This document shows positions 39,637-55,053 of a stretch of DNA of 64,000 bases, piece by piece; within the stretch, counting starts at the first letter, position 1, and every line of letters starts with the position of its first letter. Origin of the DNA: Ranitomeya imitator. Taxonomy: Eukaryota. The DNA lies in NCBI RefSeq assembly GCF_032444005.1, contig NC_091284.1, positions 424,266,001 to 424,330,000 of the forward strand, given 5' to 3'. Below the pieces are notes generated by a model. It made no database searches, was not told where the DNA came from, and saw only the letters and a list, made by a program, of their open reading frames with translations. Made by a program: the position numbers and the translations under genes.

Positions 39637-39950
39637 TAAGACCAAACAGAGGGACAGAGACCAACAGTGGTGTAGTTGTGGAACAGCAGTTATCCGCTGC
39701 AGATTTGCAAGCAATCACTTGATTTTGTGGGCACAACATCAGTTAAGTAACTGTTTAACCAGTGTGACAGGGCTAGGGAATTCGCACACGAGATCACTAT
39801 CTCCTGAGCTGGATTGGTGCTTCAGGAACTCCAAGGCACAGTTCAGACTAGGCAGGTTTCATACAACTGGCCGCAATCAGTTTTAATAGTAACTACACAG
39901 GCAAAATCCTGAGTCACCAAAGTTGGGCTTAGCGCAAAAACAATTGCTTA

Positions 39951-40635
39951 AAGGTACCGTCACATTTAGCGACGCTGCAGCGTCGCTGTGTGGTCGCTGG
40001 AGAGCTGTCACACAGACAGCTCTCCAGCGACCAACGATGCCGGTCCCCTGGTAACCAGGGTAAACATCGGGTTACTAAGCGCAAGGCCGCGCTTAGTAAC
40101 CCGATGTTTACCCTGGTTACCAGCGTAAACGTAAAAAAAAAAAAAAACACTACATACTTACATTCCGGTGTCTGTCCTCCGGCGCTGTGCTTTCCTGCAC
40201 TGTCAGCGCCGGTCAGCCGTAAAGCAGAGCGGTGACGTCACCGCTGTGCTTTACGTCTGGCCGGCGCTCACAGCCAGTACAGGAAAGCACAGCACCGGAG
40301 GACAGACACCGGAAGTATGTAGTGTTTGGGTTTTTTTTACGTTTACGCTGGTAACCAGGGTAAACATCAGGTTACTAAGCGCAGCCCTGCTCTTAGTAAC
40401 CCGATGTTTACCCTGGTTACCAGTGAAGACATCGCTGAATCTGCGTCACACACGCTGATTCAGAGATGTCTGCGGGAGGTCCAGCGACAAAATAAAGTGC
40501 TGGACTTTCTGCTCCGACCAACGATGGCACAGCAGGATCCAGATCGCTGCTGCCTGTCAAACTGAACAATATCGCTAGCCAGGACGCTGCAACGTCACGG
40601 ATCGCTAGCGATATCGTTCAGTGTGACGGTACCTT
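39951..40635. mobile_element. Palindromic MITE, copy 3 (opposite orientation)
   Basis: TA|AAGGTACCGTCACA...GTGTGACGGTACCTT|TA. Confidence 0.85.
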
Positions 40636-41497
40636 TACTCAGAGGAATTTTCCAGGAGCAGCAAGAGGTCCCACCTCTTGTGGACTCTCTGATATTTTAT
40701 ACCATGCCAGAGCATTGCAGGTGATTAGCTAGGGTCATCTCATCTCAGTGACATTATGCATCACTGAAGTCTATGCCCACAGCAAGTATTGCACATGAGG
40801 ACGATTGAACCAAGTGCAGGTTTTCAGAGATGTATCGGATGACTTTTCTTGATGCTTGCGCTGTCAATCAACATGAGCTGGGAGTACATTGGGTGGCTTT
40901 ATAAACCCAAGCCAGAGCATTTGTTTCACCCATGATAAGTCTTTCTGCCACAATACATGTATCTTTTTGTTTCTTTAACCCCTGAGCCTGTTTTCACCTT
41001 CATGAACAGGCCAAATTTTACAATTCTGGCCAGTGTCACTGTATGAGATTATAACTCTGGAACTCTTCAATGGATCCCAGTGATTCTGAGGCAATTTCTC
41101 CTGAATATGCCAATAGCGCATATGTGCGGGAAAACTACAGTTTTGCTGCACAGCAGGGCTCGTAATAGAAAATGTGATGTTTGGAATGCAGACTTTGATG
41201 GAATAGACTGTGGACGTCATGTCGCATTTTGAGAGCCCCTTATGTGCCTAAACAGTGGGTACCCTCCACTAGTGACCCTATATTGGAATTGATCTAGTGT
41301 TTTCCTGGTATTTTAATTTTTTAATGTGGTGACTTATGTGTCTAGTGTAGAGTGCATGAGGTTGACTTACTCGAGTTGTGTAGTGTGCATCCGGTTGGCA
41401 TATGAGAGTAGTGTAGAGTGCATCAGGTTGACATACATGAGTTGTGGAAGTCAGAGTCAGGTGTATTCTGAGGTACTCCCAGAGTTTGTAGTTCTTA

Positions 41498-43116
<1,619 letters not shown>

Positions 43117-43129
43117 TAATTCCTTAATT

Positions 43130-43817
43130 TCGTACATTGCCCTCTTAGTAGGAAGGTATTGCCAGAAATTTAGCCCCCCTGGAAATGTATTAGGGACTCA
43201 TCCACGCAGATGAACATTGCTAAAGTGGTCAATGACCAGTCAAACCTTGAAAAGTCACCGAAAATGGGGTCAACTCGGGGAGGACATTGTGCATTATCAC
43301 TGTAATGCAAACATTTGTGGATGGTCTCAAAATGTGTCGAGGCATAGCCATGCAGAACAGTGGAGTGTTCTACAAAACGTCAACACTGCCACATTTCTGG
43401 CTTCTTCACTATCTCCATGTGAAGAACAATGCCCAAAAACTTCATCACTTCTTCGGAGTCTACAGGGGTCCAGTTGACAAATGATGAAGTGCGATTTTGG
43501 GATAAAAATTGCTGTGCACACAAATTTGTCTGGGCCACCATGAGATTTACAAAATCCTCAGAGAAAAAGACTTTGAAAAATTCAATTTCTATGAGGCCGT
43601 TAGTGTAAAATTGGATTCCTGATTGCACCACAAAATCAGGAATCTGTGGCTCAACATTTTCGGGAGGTGACGTCCATAGGGTCTCACTAACTGTAGGCGC
43701 TGGTTCATTTTCTGTCCTGGGCCGTCTGCTTGGCAGTTCGATACTACTTGAGGAAGATGAAAAATAAAAGAAGGTGTGATCCTCTCCTTCACCATCAGTC
43801 GAAGACAAGGAAAGCAT
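43130..43817 (-). pseudogene. piggyBac (PGBD4-like) transposase N-terminal remnant
   Basis: ORF 43380-43817: acidic/Ser-rich N-terminus then FFKVFFSEDFVNLMVAQTNLCAQQ...WTPVDSEEVMKFLGIVLHMEIVKKP. Confidence 0.75.
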
Positions 43818-44183
43818 ATTCCTCCTCCGCTGAATACCGTGATTGGGAAGAGCGGGCCATTTTTTTCACGTATGTGGTGTTTGTGTGTGTACTAAATTTT
43901 TTTGGGTAAATAATAAAAATGCCTTAAAACAAACATTCTCATTATTCTGGCATTTGGCAAATAATAATTATGGTAATCCCAATTGACCTAAAAAGGGAAA
44001 GATTTATTCTGATTTCATGTCAGATAATGAGAAAAACATGCATATGTGTCTTTTTATATAGAGTATGTAAACTTATAGTTTCAACTGTATATACTTCATT
44101 GGCTGGGAAACCCTTCCCTTCCATATATACTTCAAATGTCGAGAAGGGGTTAAGTGCACTATCTGGTGCTGGTATTAGTTTGA

Positions 44184-44573
44184 AGAGGTTATCCACTACT
44201 TTTACATTGATGCCCTATCCTTAGGATAGGTTATCAATGTCTGGTCAGCTGGGGTCCAGCACTCAGCACGCACCCCCGTCGAACAGCCGTTATCGGTACC
44301 AGCCGGCTGGAAGTACTTACTTGCGGAGCTTGTAGTGGCCCCGCGGGGTACTACACATCCACCTCCCATTCAACTGAATAGGAAACAGATGTGCAGTAAC
44401 AAGTTCCGGCCACCACAAGTAGACGGCCAGCTCTGCAAGCAAGCACTTCCGGCAGCCAACAGCAACCATGCCAGTTGATCGGCGGGGATGCCGAGTGCCG
44501 GACCCCAGCTGATCAGACATTGATGCCCTATGTTTAGGATATGGCATCAATGTAAAAGTAGTGGACAACCTCT
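44184..44573. mobile_element. Kolobok/T2-type MITE
   Basis: AGAGGTTATCCACTACTTTT...AAAAGTAGTGGACAACCTCT|TTAA. Confidence 0.75.
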
Positions 44574-46254
44574 TTAACAGGGAAAAGTCTGATGACAAAC
44601 TCCGTTTAATGTTTGAGAACCTCAAAAACGGTAATTTTCAAATGGCGGTTTTTCCTTTCATATATAAATTTAAAAAAACATTCTAACATTTTCTCTCTAA
44701 ATGTTTAATTTACCCATGGCTATACATTTTGAATGTATTTCCCACATATTTCACTGTAACTCTTTCTTGTGTACCATAATTTTATTATGGTCATTTTTCT
44801 ACCTAAAACAAATTGATTTTGTATTGTACTGTGTGATAAAGTTCACCATAGAGCACTTTAAATAGAAAAACCTAGACAGACAATCAGTATGTCGGTTTGA
44901 CATATTATTGCAATCTTTCACATCTTTGAAAGCAAGGCTTTAATGTATTTCACAGTCTTCTGTTCCATTAAAATAATGATCAGAATGGAAGATTGTCTTG
45001 TATATCTGACACCAGTAATATTTAAGCAATTAAACTTCAGAAACTCAGCAACTCCATCATCCACTCCCCCCTTTCACCAACCCAAACACTACTGTAGTCC
45101 TTTGAACCACATATAATAGTTATCTCTCGTTTATAAGTAACACTCTCTAGTCAAAAGATCTTTCTCCAAAGGGATCTTAATGTAAAACCTCTCAGACGAT
45201 GGAGAGACATACACTCTTGGAGGCAGACTGTGAAGGTGTTTGAGAATCAATGTAACACCATTACCGCCGGTGTCAGCTTAACAGCTGTCATAAACACTTC
45301 ATAATCACTCAGGCATTCCAGCAGGGTTCAGATTAGTGCATTATTTCATTAACTGCTGTGTAAATAACAGAAACAGAGGTGTACATTCACATTTCAAAAC
45401 TATTACAGAACACCAGGGCCTCCAAGATAAATGAGTCCAGAATTGCTGAACGTCTAACAATAGCCGAGACCCCAAACAGATATTCTATGTGTCAGAACTC
45501 GTTTCATTTTAAATGATAAATTTGATGCTATGATGTACTGACTTTGTAAAAATTGAGGTTCCAGTTCTTAAAGGGAACCTGTCACTAGATTCACGCTGCC
45601 CATAACATTCGCAGCATGAATCAGAGCCTGGCTGCATGAATGGAGCTAGGTATATTTTTTTCTGAAATGCTCAGTATGTCAGAGAAAAAAGAGTTTCAAG
45701 TTCCATAAGTAGAGATGAGAAAAGCCTGTCAGCATCCCAGCCAGCACCACTTTAGTTCATTGACAGCTCTCTCCCTATGTACACACATACAGAGACCATC
45801 AATCCCTGAGAGGTGCAGGGAAAAGTTGGATGGGAGAGATCAGACTAGTTTGGGCAGCATAAATTGATTGGCAAGTTCCCTTTACGGAGTCAAGACTTTT
45901 GCCTTGTGGCAATGAAGTGATGGAAAGTTTGGAAATATCAAGGATAGATAAGACCCTACTCCATATTGGCAAAAATGGTTTTAACTATGTTTCATTAGCA
46001 GTGTATGCTCATGTTAGCAAACTGGTTTAATTAGACAGCATGCAAGTAAGCAAGCTTGCAATTGATTAGCTCTTTCTATCTTCTGTGATTTTCCTGCAAT
46101 GAGAACATTTATCTTACAAAGTGTACAGGTTGTTGCAAAGAGATCAGTCAAGAGTCTGGCCCAGTATGTACAGTAGCTACATTTGAAGTGAAAGGAGTTA
46201 ACCCAGGAGATACCAGACACCTCTCTCTAGGCCACTAATTTATTTAGAGCAGTT

Positions 46255-46432
46255 ATTATTATTATTATTATAGCACCATTTATTTCATGGCGCTTTACAT
46301 GTGGGGAGGGGTATACATAATAAAAAACAGATACAATAATCTTGAACAATACAAGTCACAACTGGTACAGGAGGAGAGAGGACCCTGCCCGCGAAGGCTC
46401 ACAATCTACAAGGGATGGGTGAGAATACAGTA
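46255..46432 (-). mobile_element. L2/CR1-clade LINE 3' end with (AAT)n tail
   Basis: (TTA)n-TAGCACCATTTATTTCATGGCGCTTTACA...GGCTCACAATCTAC. Confidence 0.65.
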
Positions 46433-46830
46433 GGTGAGCAGTTAAAGAAGCACTATTATAAAAACATTTTACTCTCTTAATATATTGCTTTATGGCACTG
46501 TGTACTGATAATTGCTCATTTTTCCTTCAAGCCCATTAATTTTTACCCTTTCCATTAGTTCTATGACATCAGAAACAGAAAGTATCTTTTAGCTGCATGA
46601 GTCATCACTGCAAAAGTGGCCGGGGACAGCCGGGTCAGGAGTTGAAGAAGGGGATGACTCATGTAGGGAAAATAGACTTCTTGTGGAGAAGAAGAAAACG
46701 CAGCATATTCACAATTAGTGACCGACTTATTTTACATTACTATAGTATTGCACATAATGCCATCCACAGTCCAATTAAAAAGGGGATGACTGCTTTTTGC
46801 AAAAAATACAAAAAACTGATTTTGCATTAA

Positions 46831-47207
46831 AGAGGTTGTCCACTACTTTTTGATTGATGACCTATCCTTAGGATAGGTCATCAATGTCTGATCGACAGGG
46901 GTCCAACACCACTGCCAATTAAGGTGATTGGTGTTGGCCGGAAATGCTCACATACAGAGCTGGCAATCTTCTGGTAGTGTCTGAGGCAGAGTGCTACACA
47001 TCTACCTCCTATTCAACTCAATAGGAGACGGATGTGTAGTACCCTGCGGTGACCACCATTAGAAGATGGTCAGCTCCACAAGTGAACACTTCCGGCCAGC
47101 GCCACCTGTAACAGATGATCAATGGGGGTGCTAGTTGTAGGACGATCAGGCATTGATGACCTATCCAAAGGATAGGTCAATCATTTAAAAAGTAGTGGTG
47201 AACCTCT
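46831..47207. mobile_element. Kolobok/T2-type MITE
   Basis: TTAA|AGAGGTTGTCCACTACT...AGTAGTGGTGAACCTCT|TTAA. Confidence 0.85.
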
Positions 47208-49014
47208 TTAAGCAGCAGTAATAAATTCCAGCAATTCCTCTTCCAGCTTATGTTCGGGACAGTGAAGTATTTCTCCTGCTGGCACAACATCAGAGCTGTA
47301 TGAAGGGAGCTGGCTGAAAAACTCGTTTTAATAGATAAGCTATCCTCCTCTAATGGGTCTCAACAGTGACAAAAAGAAAGCCTGGCCTAACTCCTGAAAT
47401 GAGCCAGTCATCCAGCTCCTCTTCATACAGCATTGATAATGTGCCAACAAAGAAAACTGTCCTGTGTCCAGATCAAGTTGCATTTTGTCCTACGAGAGAT
47501 TTGTCACATGCAGTAAGAATCTGGTTGACAAAGATAATTTTATCTAAAGACGAACTACATGTATATTTTTTTACTTCCAAGTGTATTTTCTTAAGTCTGA
47601 ATAAAACATATATTTGTTTTTAAAAGAAGAGCACCAAACCATAAGGTTATACTTTTGCCATACCTCTGCCTAAATAACTTATGGATACATCCGGAAGGGT
47701 TTATTTTGTCCAGACAAAACTACATTGTTTGGCCAAATATGTGAATTGAAACAAAGCCAACATCAAGTGTTTCTACCACTTGTGTATAACTGAATTGTCC
47801 ATCCTGTTCAAATTATATAATAAATATTTGTTTATATATTGCCACCGTCTTGTGTTATTAGTTTTTATAGAGTGGCAAATTGGTCAGTAATGAGATCGGC
47901 CACTCCCTCCTTGTCTCATAACGGTTTGTGTGACATTCCATTAGGCCTCTGTGAATCAAAGATCTTATATCGGATGTTTTTTTCATAAAATGATCAAAGA
48001 GGTTTGTTTTACTATGCTGCTAACTACTTGACTGCTGTAACCAGTGCCAGCTTTGAGTAATCACACACTCCTGCTGTCGATTGAGCTGCTCCATGTCAAC
48101 AGAGCAGATCTTCTTCTTTTGGGCTGCTCTGTTGACGGAGTGTGACTGCCGACGTCATGCATGATTGACAGCTAGGGAGGCTGTCAATCAGCATAGTGTC
48201 ACACCCAGTCAACAGAGCAGAATGGAAGAGAAGCTGCTGCTATACTGACATAATATCAGCGGAAGCAGCTGAATCGCTGGCAGCAATGGTCTGTGACCGC
48301 TCTGCGTCAGAGACCCGCGCTGGTCACAACAGGCGGGTAGTTAGTAACTACCTGCCTGCTAGTAAAATATAAAACAAAAGGAAAGAAAATATAAACGATA
48401 AAACAGATAATACTAACCCACCAAAATTACCCTTGCTCCCTTTCCATGTAAAGTATAATTTAAGGGGAAAAAAAAAAAAAAAAGTATATACATCAAAGAC
48501 ATTACAGCATATACACTGCTCAGCATAAATGAGTAAGATTTTAATTAATATCTCAATGAACACAACAATTTCCCCAAATTTTGACAAAACATTCTTTAAC
48601 CCATAACATGAAAGTAAGCTTAATAATATAACCTCGCTTTATAAAATCTACAGCTTTACTCAAGTTAGTTGATGCAAAAATTAATACACACCACATCAAA
48701 AACTACTATATCTAGTACTTTGTATGATCAACACCAAGTCTTCATGGAATGAACAAGTTGGTGACATATTGTAACGTCTATCTTTTTCTATTCTTCAACA
48801 ACAACCTTCCTGTATAACCTGAATGCTGGATAGAGAGTGATGCTAAACTTGTCTCTTCAGAGCTCCCCATAGGTGTTCATATGGTTTCAGATCACGATAC
48901 ATACTTGGCCACTCAATCACTTTCATCCTGTTCTTCAAATATGAAAAAAGTGTCCTTAGATGAGTGTTTTGGATAAGTCATATTGGAAAAGTGCTTGTCT
49001 AGCAAACATGAAGC

Positions 49015-51199
49015 ATTTTTCACTGGTTTCATTGCAGCCATTTGGTAAATTCAAAAAAGTTAATTTTTTCCTCATTAATGAACACTCTGCACCCCATCTT
49101 GACTGAAAAAAAAGATGGAAATGTAGACATTTTTGCAAATTTAATAAAAAAAAGAAAAACTTAAATATCACATGGTCATAAAAATTCAGACCCTTTGCTC
49201 AGACACTCATATTTAAGTCACATGCTGTCCGTTTTCTTGTGATCCTCCTTGAGATTGTTCTACGCCTTCATTGGAATCAGCTGTGTTTAATTACACTGAT
49301 GGAGTCAACTGGTGAGCCAACAGTGAGATACAGCAGCAAAAAAGGCAAATACAATTCTGGGATGTATTAACAGAAGCATATAGTCTAGATCACATGAAGT
49401 CATTATTGCCCTTTACTTCTCTTTGGTCAGACCTCATTTGGAATACTGTGTCCAGCTTTGGGCACCACATTTTAAAAAAGACATCAACAAACTGGAGCAA
49501 GTTCAGAGAAGAGCTACCAAAATGGTGACCGGTCTGCAAACCATGTCCTATGAGGAACAGTTACAGGATTTGGGAATGTCTAGCTTGCAAAAAAGAAGAC
49601 TGAGAGGAGACTTAATAGCTGTCTACAAATATCTCAAGGGCTGTCACATTGTAGAAGGATCATCTTTATTCTCATTTGCACAAGTAAAGACTAGAAGCAA
49701 TGGGATGAAACTGAATGGGAGGAGAGACAGATTAGATATTAGAAAAAAACTTTCTGACAGTTAGGGTGATCAATGAGTGGGACAGGCTGCCACGAGAGGT
49801 GGCGAGTTCTAATTCAATGGAAGTCTTCAAACAGAGGCTGGACAGACATCTGTCTGAGATGATTTAGCGAATCCTGCTTTGAGCAGGGTCTTGGATAAGA
49901 CCAGATGATACAAGAGGTCCCTTCCAACTCTACCATTCTATGATTCTATGATAGGTGTATGCCTTTCCAAATCAAGTCCTGTCTATATAAGACCGCACAG
50001 CTCACAGTGCATGTCAGACCAAATGAGAATCATGAGGTCAAAGGAACTGGCCAAGGAGCTCAGAGACAGAATTGTGGCAAGGCACCGATCTGGCCAAGGT
50101 TACAACATAATTTCTGCAGTACTCAAGGTTCCTAAGAGCACAGTGGCCTCCATAACTGTTAAATGGAAGAAGGTTAGGACAACCAGAAGTCTTCCTTGAC
50201 CTGGCTGGCCAGCCAAACTGAGCAATCGTGGGAGAAGAGCCTTGGTGAGAGCGGTAAAGAAGAACCCCAAGATCACTATGGCTGAGCTCCAGAGATGCAG
50301 TAGGGAGATTGGAGAAAGTTCCACAAAGTCAACTATCACTGCAGCCCTCCACCAGTCGGACCTTTATGGCAGAGTGGCCCGACTGAAGCCTCTCCTCAGT
50401 GCCAGACATATGAAAGCCCGCATAGAGTTTGCCAAAATAAAAAAAAAACCACATGAAGGACTCACAGACTATGAGAAATAAGATTCTCTGCTCTGATGAG
50501 ACGAAGACAGAACTTTTTGGTGATAATTCTAAGTAGTAAAACAGTGAAACATGGTGGTGGCAGCATCATGCTATGGGGGTGTTTTTCAGCTGCAGGGACA
50601 GGATGACTGGTTGTCATTGAAGGAAACATGAATGCGGCCAAGTACAGAGATATTCTGGATGAAAACCTCTTCCAGAGTGCTCTGGACCTCAGACTTGGCC
50701 GAAGATTCACCTTCCAACAAGACAGTGACCCTAAGCACACAGCTATAATAACAAAGGAGGGGCTTCAGAACAACTGTGTGATGATTTTTGACTGGCCCAG
50801 CCAGGATCCCTGACCTAAACCCAATTGAGCATCTCTGGAGAGCTGAAAATGGCTGCCCACCAATGTTCACCATCCAACCTGATGTAACTAGAGAGGATCT
50901 GCAAGGAAGAATGGCAGAGGATCCTCAAATCCAGGTGTGAAAAACTTGCTGCATCATTCCCACGAAGACTCATGGCTGTACTAGCTCAAAATGGTGCTTC
51001 TACTCAATACTGAGCAAAGGGACTGAATACTTATGACCATGTGATATTTCAGGTTTTCTTTTAATAAATTTGCAAAAATTTCTACATTTTTTGTTTTTCA
51101 GTCAAGATGGGGTGCAGAGTATACAATAATGAGAAGAAAAAAAACTTTTTTGAATTTACCAAATGGCTGCAATGAAACAAAGAGTGCAAAAATGAAAAG

Positions 51200-51200
<1 letters not shown>
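49015..51200 (+). mobile_element. Tc1 (same family as 3014-7512), decayed, with a CR1 insertion
   Basis: TIR sequences match those at 3050-3240. ORF pieces at 50242-50481 and 50628-50813. Confidence 0.85.
49301..49950 (+). mobile_element. CR1 LINE 3' fragment
   Basis: ORF 49423-49764 ([31 protein letters not shown]...[16 protein letters not shown]) and an (ATTCTATG)n tail. Confidence 0.92.
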
Positions 51201-51275
<75 letters not shown>

Positions 51276-51281
<6 letters not shown>

Positions 51282-52521
51282 ATACCTGAGTATAATCTGA
51301 CCCAAGTATAAGCCGAGACCCCTAATTTTGCCACAAAGACCTGGGAAAAGTTAATGACTCGAGTATAAGCCTAGGGTGGAAAATGCAGCAGCTAAATGTC
51401 AAAAATAAAAATAGATACCAATAAAAGTAAAATTAATTGAGACATCAGTAGGTTAAGTGTTTTTGAATATCCATATTGAATCAGGAGCCCCATAAGATGC
51501 TCCATACAAAATACACCCCATATAATGCTGCACAAATGCTGATTATGGCCCCATAAGATGCTCCATACAGACATTTGCCCATATAATGCTCCACAAATGT
51601 GGATTATGGCCCTATAACATGCTCCATACAGACATTTTTCCCATATAATGCTGCACAAATGCGGATTATGGCCCCATAAGATGCTCAATACAGACATTTG
51701 CCCCATATAATGTTGCACAAATGTGGATTAGGACCCCATAAGATGCTCCATATACACATTTGCCCCATACAATGCTGCACAAATGCTGATTATGGCCCCA
51801 TAAGATGCTCCATACAGTCATTTGCCCCATGTAATGCTCCATAAATGGTGATTATGGCCCCATATGATGCTCCATACAGACATTTGCACCATATGCTGTG
51901 ATAAGAAAAAAAAAAAAAAAAAATCACATACTCACCTCTTGTCGCTCAGGTCCCCGGCACTTGCTATATTCACCTGCTCCGCGTTCCACCGCCGCTGGCC
52001 GCCGCTACGTTCCCCGTCCACTGCACTGACTGACTGCTCAGGCAGAGGGTGGCGCGCACTAATCGCGTCACCACGCCCTGACCTGAGCGTCAGTGGAGAG
52101 GATGCAGAAGACGCAGTGGCGGCCGGCGACGGTGGAACGGGGAGCAGGTGAATATCGCGCACTGCTTATACTCACCTGCTCCTGGTGCGGTCCCTGCTTC
52201 CCCGGCAGCTTCTTCCTGTAGTGAGCGGTCACATGGTACCGCTCATTACAGTAATGAATATGCGGCTCCATCCCTATGGGAGTGAAGTCGGGTCCATATT
52301 CATTACTGTAATGAGCGGTACCATGTGACCGCTCACTACAGGAAGAAGCTGCTGGCACCGGGGAAGCAGGGACCGCACTAGGAGCAGGAGAGTATGCTTA
52401 GACAGCTGTAGCTCCCCCTCCCCTGCCGACCCCTGGGTATGACTCGAGTATAAGCCGAGAGGGGCAATTTTAGCCTAAAAAAATGGGCTGAAATTCTCAG
52501 CTTATACTCAAGTATATACGG
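51276..52521. mobile_element. TcMar/pogo-type non-autonomous element with an internal ~61-bp minisatellite (~51485-51895, about 7 units)
   Basis: CAGTATATACCTGAGTATAA...CTTATACTCAAGTATATACGG|TA termini; unit GCCCCATAAGATGCTCCATACAGACATTTG... Confidence 0.7.
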
Positions 52522-54630
52522 TATATAATCTATAATATAACGCTGGGAGCGTCACTCTGTCCGAAGCCTTTATAGACTGCGCAAGCGCCGGCGCAGTCTG
52601 GACCCCACAGAGTGACGCTCCCAGGAGATTGCGGTATGCGTAAGCACTGAACGCACACCGCGATCTCCAACGAGAAGCAGGGACATGCCAGGAGGGCGAG
52701 TATAAGCTATATTCACCTGGCCCTGATCCAGCGCTGCCCGCCGCTCTGTCTTTCGGGTCCTCTGCCTGTGACGTTCACAGTTCAGAGGGCGCGATGACGC
52801 GCTTAATGCGCGCTGCCCTCTGACTGAACAGTCACAGCCAGAGGACCCGGAAGAAGCGGCACGCAGCGCTGTGACAGGGCCACGTGAATATAGCAAGTGT
52901 CGGGGGCCTTAGCTAGCGGCGACTCCGGCACCTGACCCCCACAGCGCGCCGGTGTCCCCACCTGCTCAGGCCCCAAGAAAATGAAAAATAGAAACATGCA
53001 TATGAGCTGCAGTACTAAGACAGAGAAAAAAAACCCTCAATGCTCTAGTCACTTTGTAATCTTTTTTTTCCTGCATTTACATTTCATTTTTTTGCTCACA
53101 GTGTAAAATATTAGAGATAAAATTCTAAATACTAAAGGAAAGATAAAATTGAAAATATAAAATTAAAAATATAGACAATTCGGCTGATATTTTATAGTTT
53201 CAATTATATAAACTTTTTTTTGTAAATCGTTCTGCACATTTAACAGGAAATCCATTTTTCTTCGGCTTTAAAACAAGAGAGTCCATTTTGTAGGACAGTA
53301 CAGCAAGCTGCAAGACATTTGTGTAATGTTTTGGTGACACCTAGTGTTCGTTCTTTGTACTGCAGGTATAAAAGAAAATTCAAAGACAAAAAAAAACCTC
53401 ATTCTTTTCAAGTGTACGCCCGTAACATTTTAAAAGTACACCATATAATGAATCAACATGAAAAAGGTAAGTAGCTTTTAAAATTACTTAATGCATTCAA
53501 TTGTCAAGTCTGACAATTGCATATTTGTTCATCTGAACAAATCCTTAGGCCAAGTGCACACACTGAATATGTGGCGAGGTTTTTTTTTTACCTCAGTATT
53601 TGTAAGCCAAATCCAGGTAAAGAACAATCAGAGGAAAAGTATAATAGAAACACGTCACCACTTGTGTATTTATCACCCACTTCGGGTTTTGACTTCTAAA
53701 TACGGAGGTAAATTATTATACTGATGACAATATTTTTTATGGATACATTGGAAAATTATAATAGATCATTAATACAGTTTAAAGTATCTGTATATCTTTA
53801 TTTAGCTAAAAAAAAAAAAACACAACACAGATGCACCACATTTTTTTTTTTTTTTTTTTTTTACGGACAGGGCAATAAGTGCCCTATTTTTATGGACGGT
53901 CCAGGAAGTTGAGAAAAGTGGTGAAGGAATTTTTCCCCCAATATGTGGGCGATTAGCATCTACCTAATGAGGTTTTGCTACAAATAAAAAACAGCCCTAA
54001 AAACAATTGTGGATTTGCACTTTTTTCACAATTTTGCTGCAATTGGACTATTTTTTTCCCCTATTTCTAATATGTTATATAATAAAATGAATGGTGTCAA
54101 GCAGAAGTACAACTCGTCCTGAAAATAACAAACCCTCATATAGCGATGTCCAGGGAAAAATAAAATAATAATAATAATAATAAAAATATTAATAATAATA
54201 ATAATAAATTAAAAAAATTATGGCTCTTGGAAAATGGAGGTAAAAAAAAATATAATACAAAAGTGAAAAAAATAGCCATCCAGGGAAGGAATTAACACTT
54301 CAGCTAAAGTCATCAAGACCTGCAAACATTTCTCCAATGTGCAAGACTAGAATTCTAATTAGGCAGCAAAGAGATCAATTAGCATGTATAATCTCATTTT
54401 CTAAAGATAACTCCCCCAAAAAACTAGAAACCCAAACATGATGCATCATCTGGGGCTGGACATGAAAAAATTGCACCCCAAGGCGAGAGAATGCAGTTGT
54501 GGGTCTTTTACATTAAAAAAAACAAATAATGAAGGAACACATGGAGAGATTTCTGAAACTTAGCACAAGTGAAGAGGAAATGATGGCAGCAACCTGGTGG
54601 ACAGCGCCGAGCAGCTTAACCACTTTTTCA

Positions 54631-54849
<219 letters not shown>

Positions 54850-54858
54850 TCACAATCA

Positions 54859-55053
54859 GGCCGGGATCACACTACAGTGAGATATGGCCGAGTCTCGCAG
54901 GAGAAAACCAAGCTCTGGCACCAGTACTCCGGAGCGGAGCGTACGGCTCCATGTATTGATATGTGACTGCACGCTCCGCTCCGGAGTGCCGGCACCAGAG
55001 CTGGGTTTTAACCTGCGAGACTCGGCTGTATCTCGCTGTGTGTGATCCCGGCC
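54859..55053. mobile_element. 195-bp Harbinger-type MITE with a TCA duplication
   Basis: TCA|GGCCGGGATCACAC...GTGTGATCCCGGCC|TCA. Confidence 0.88.
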
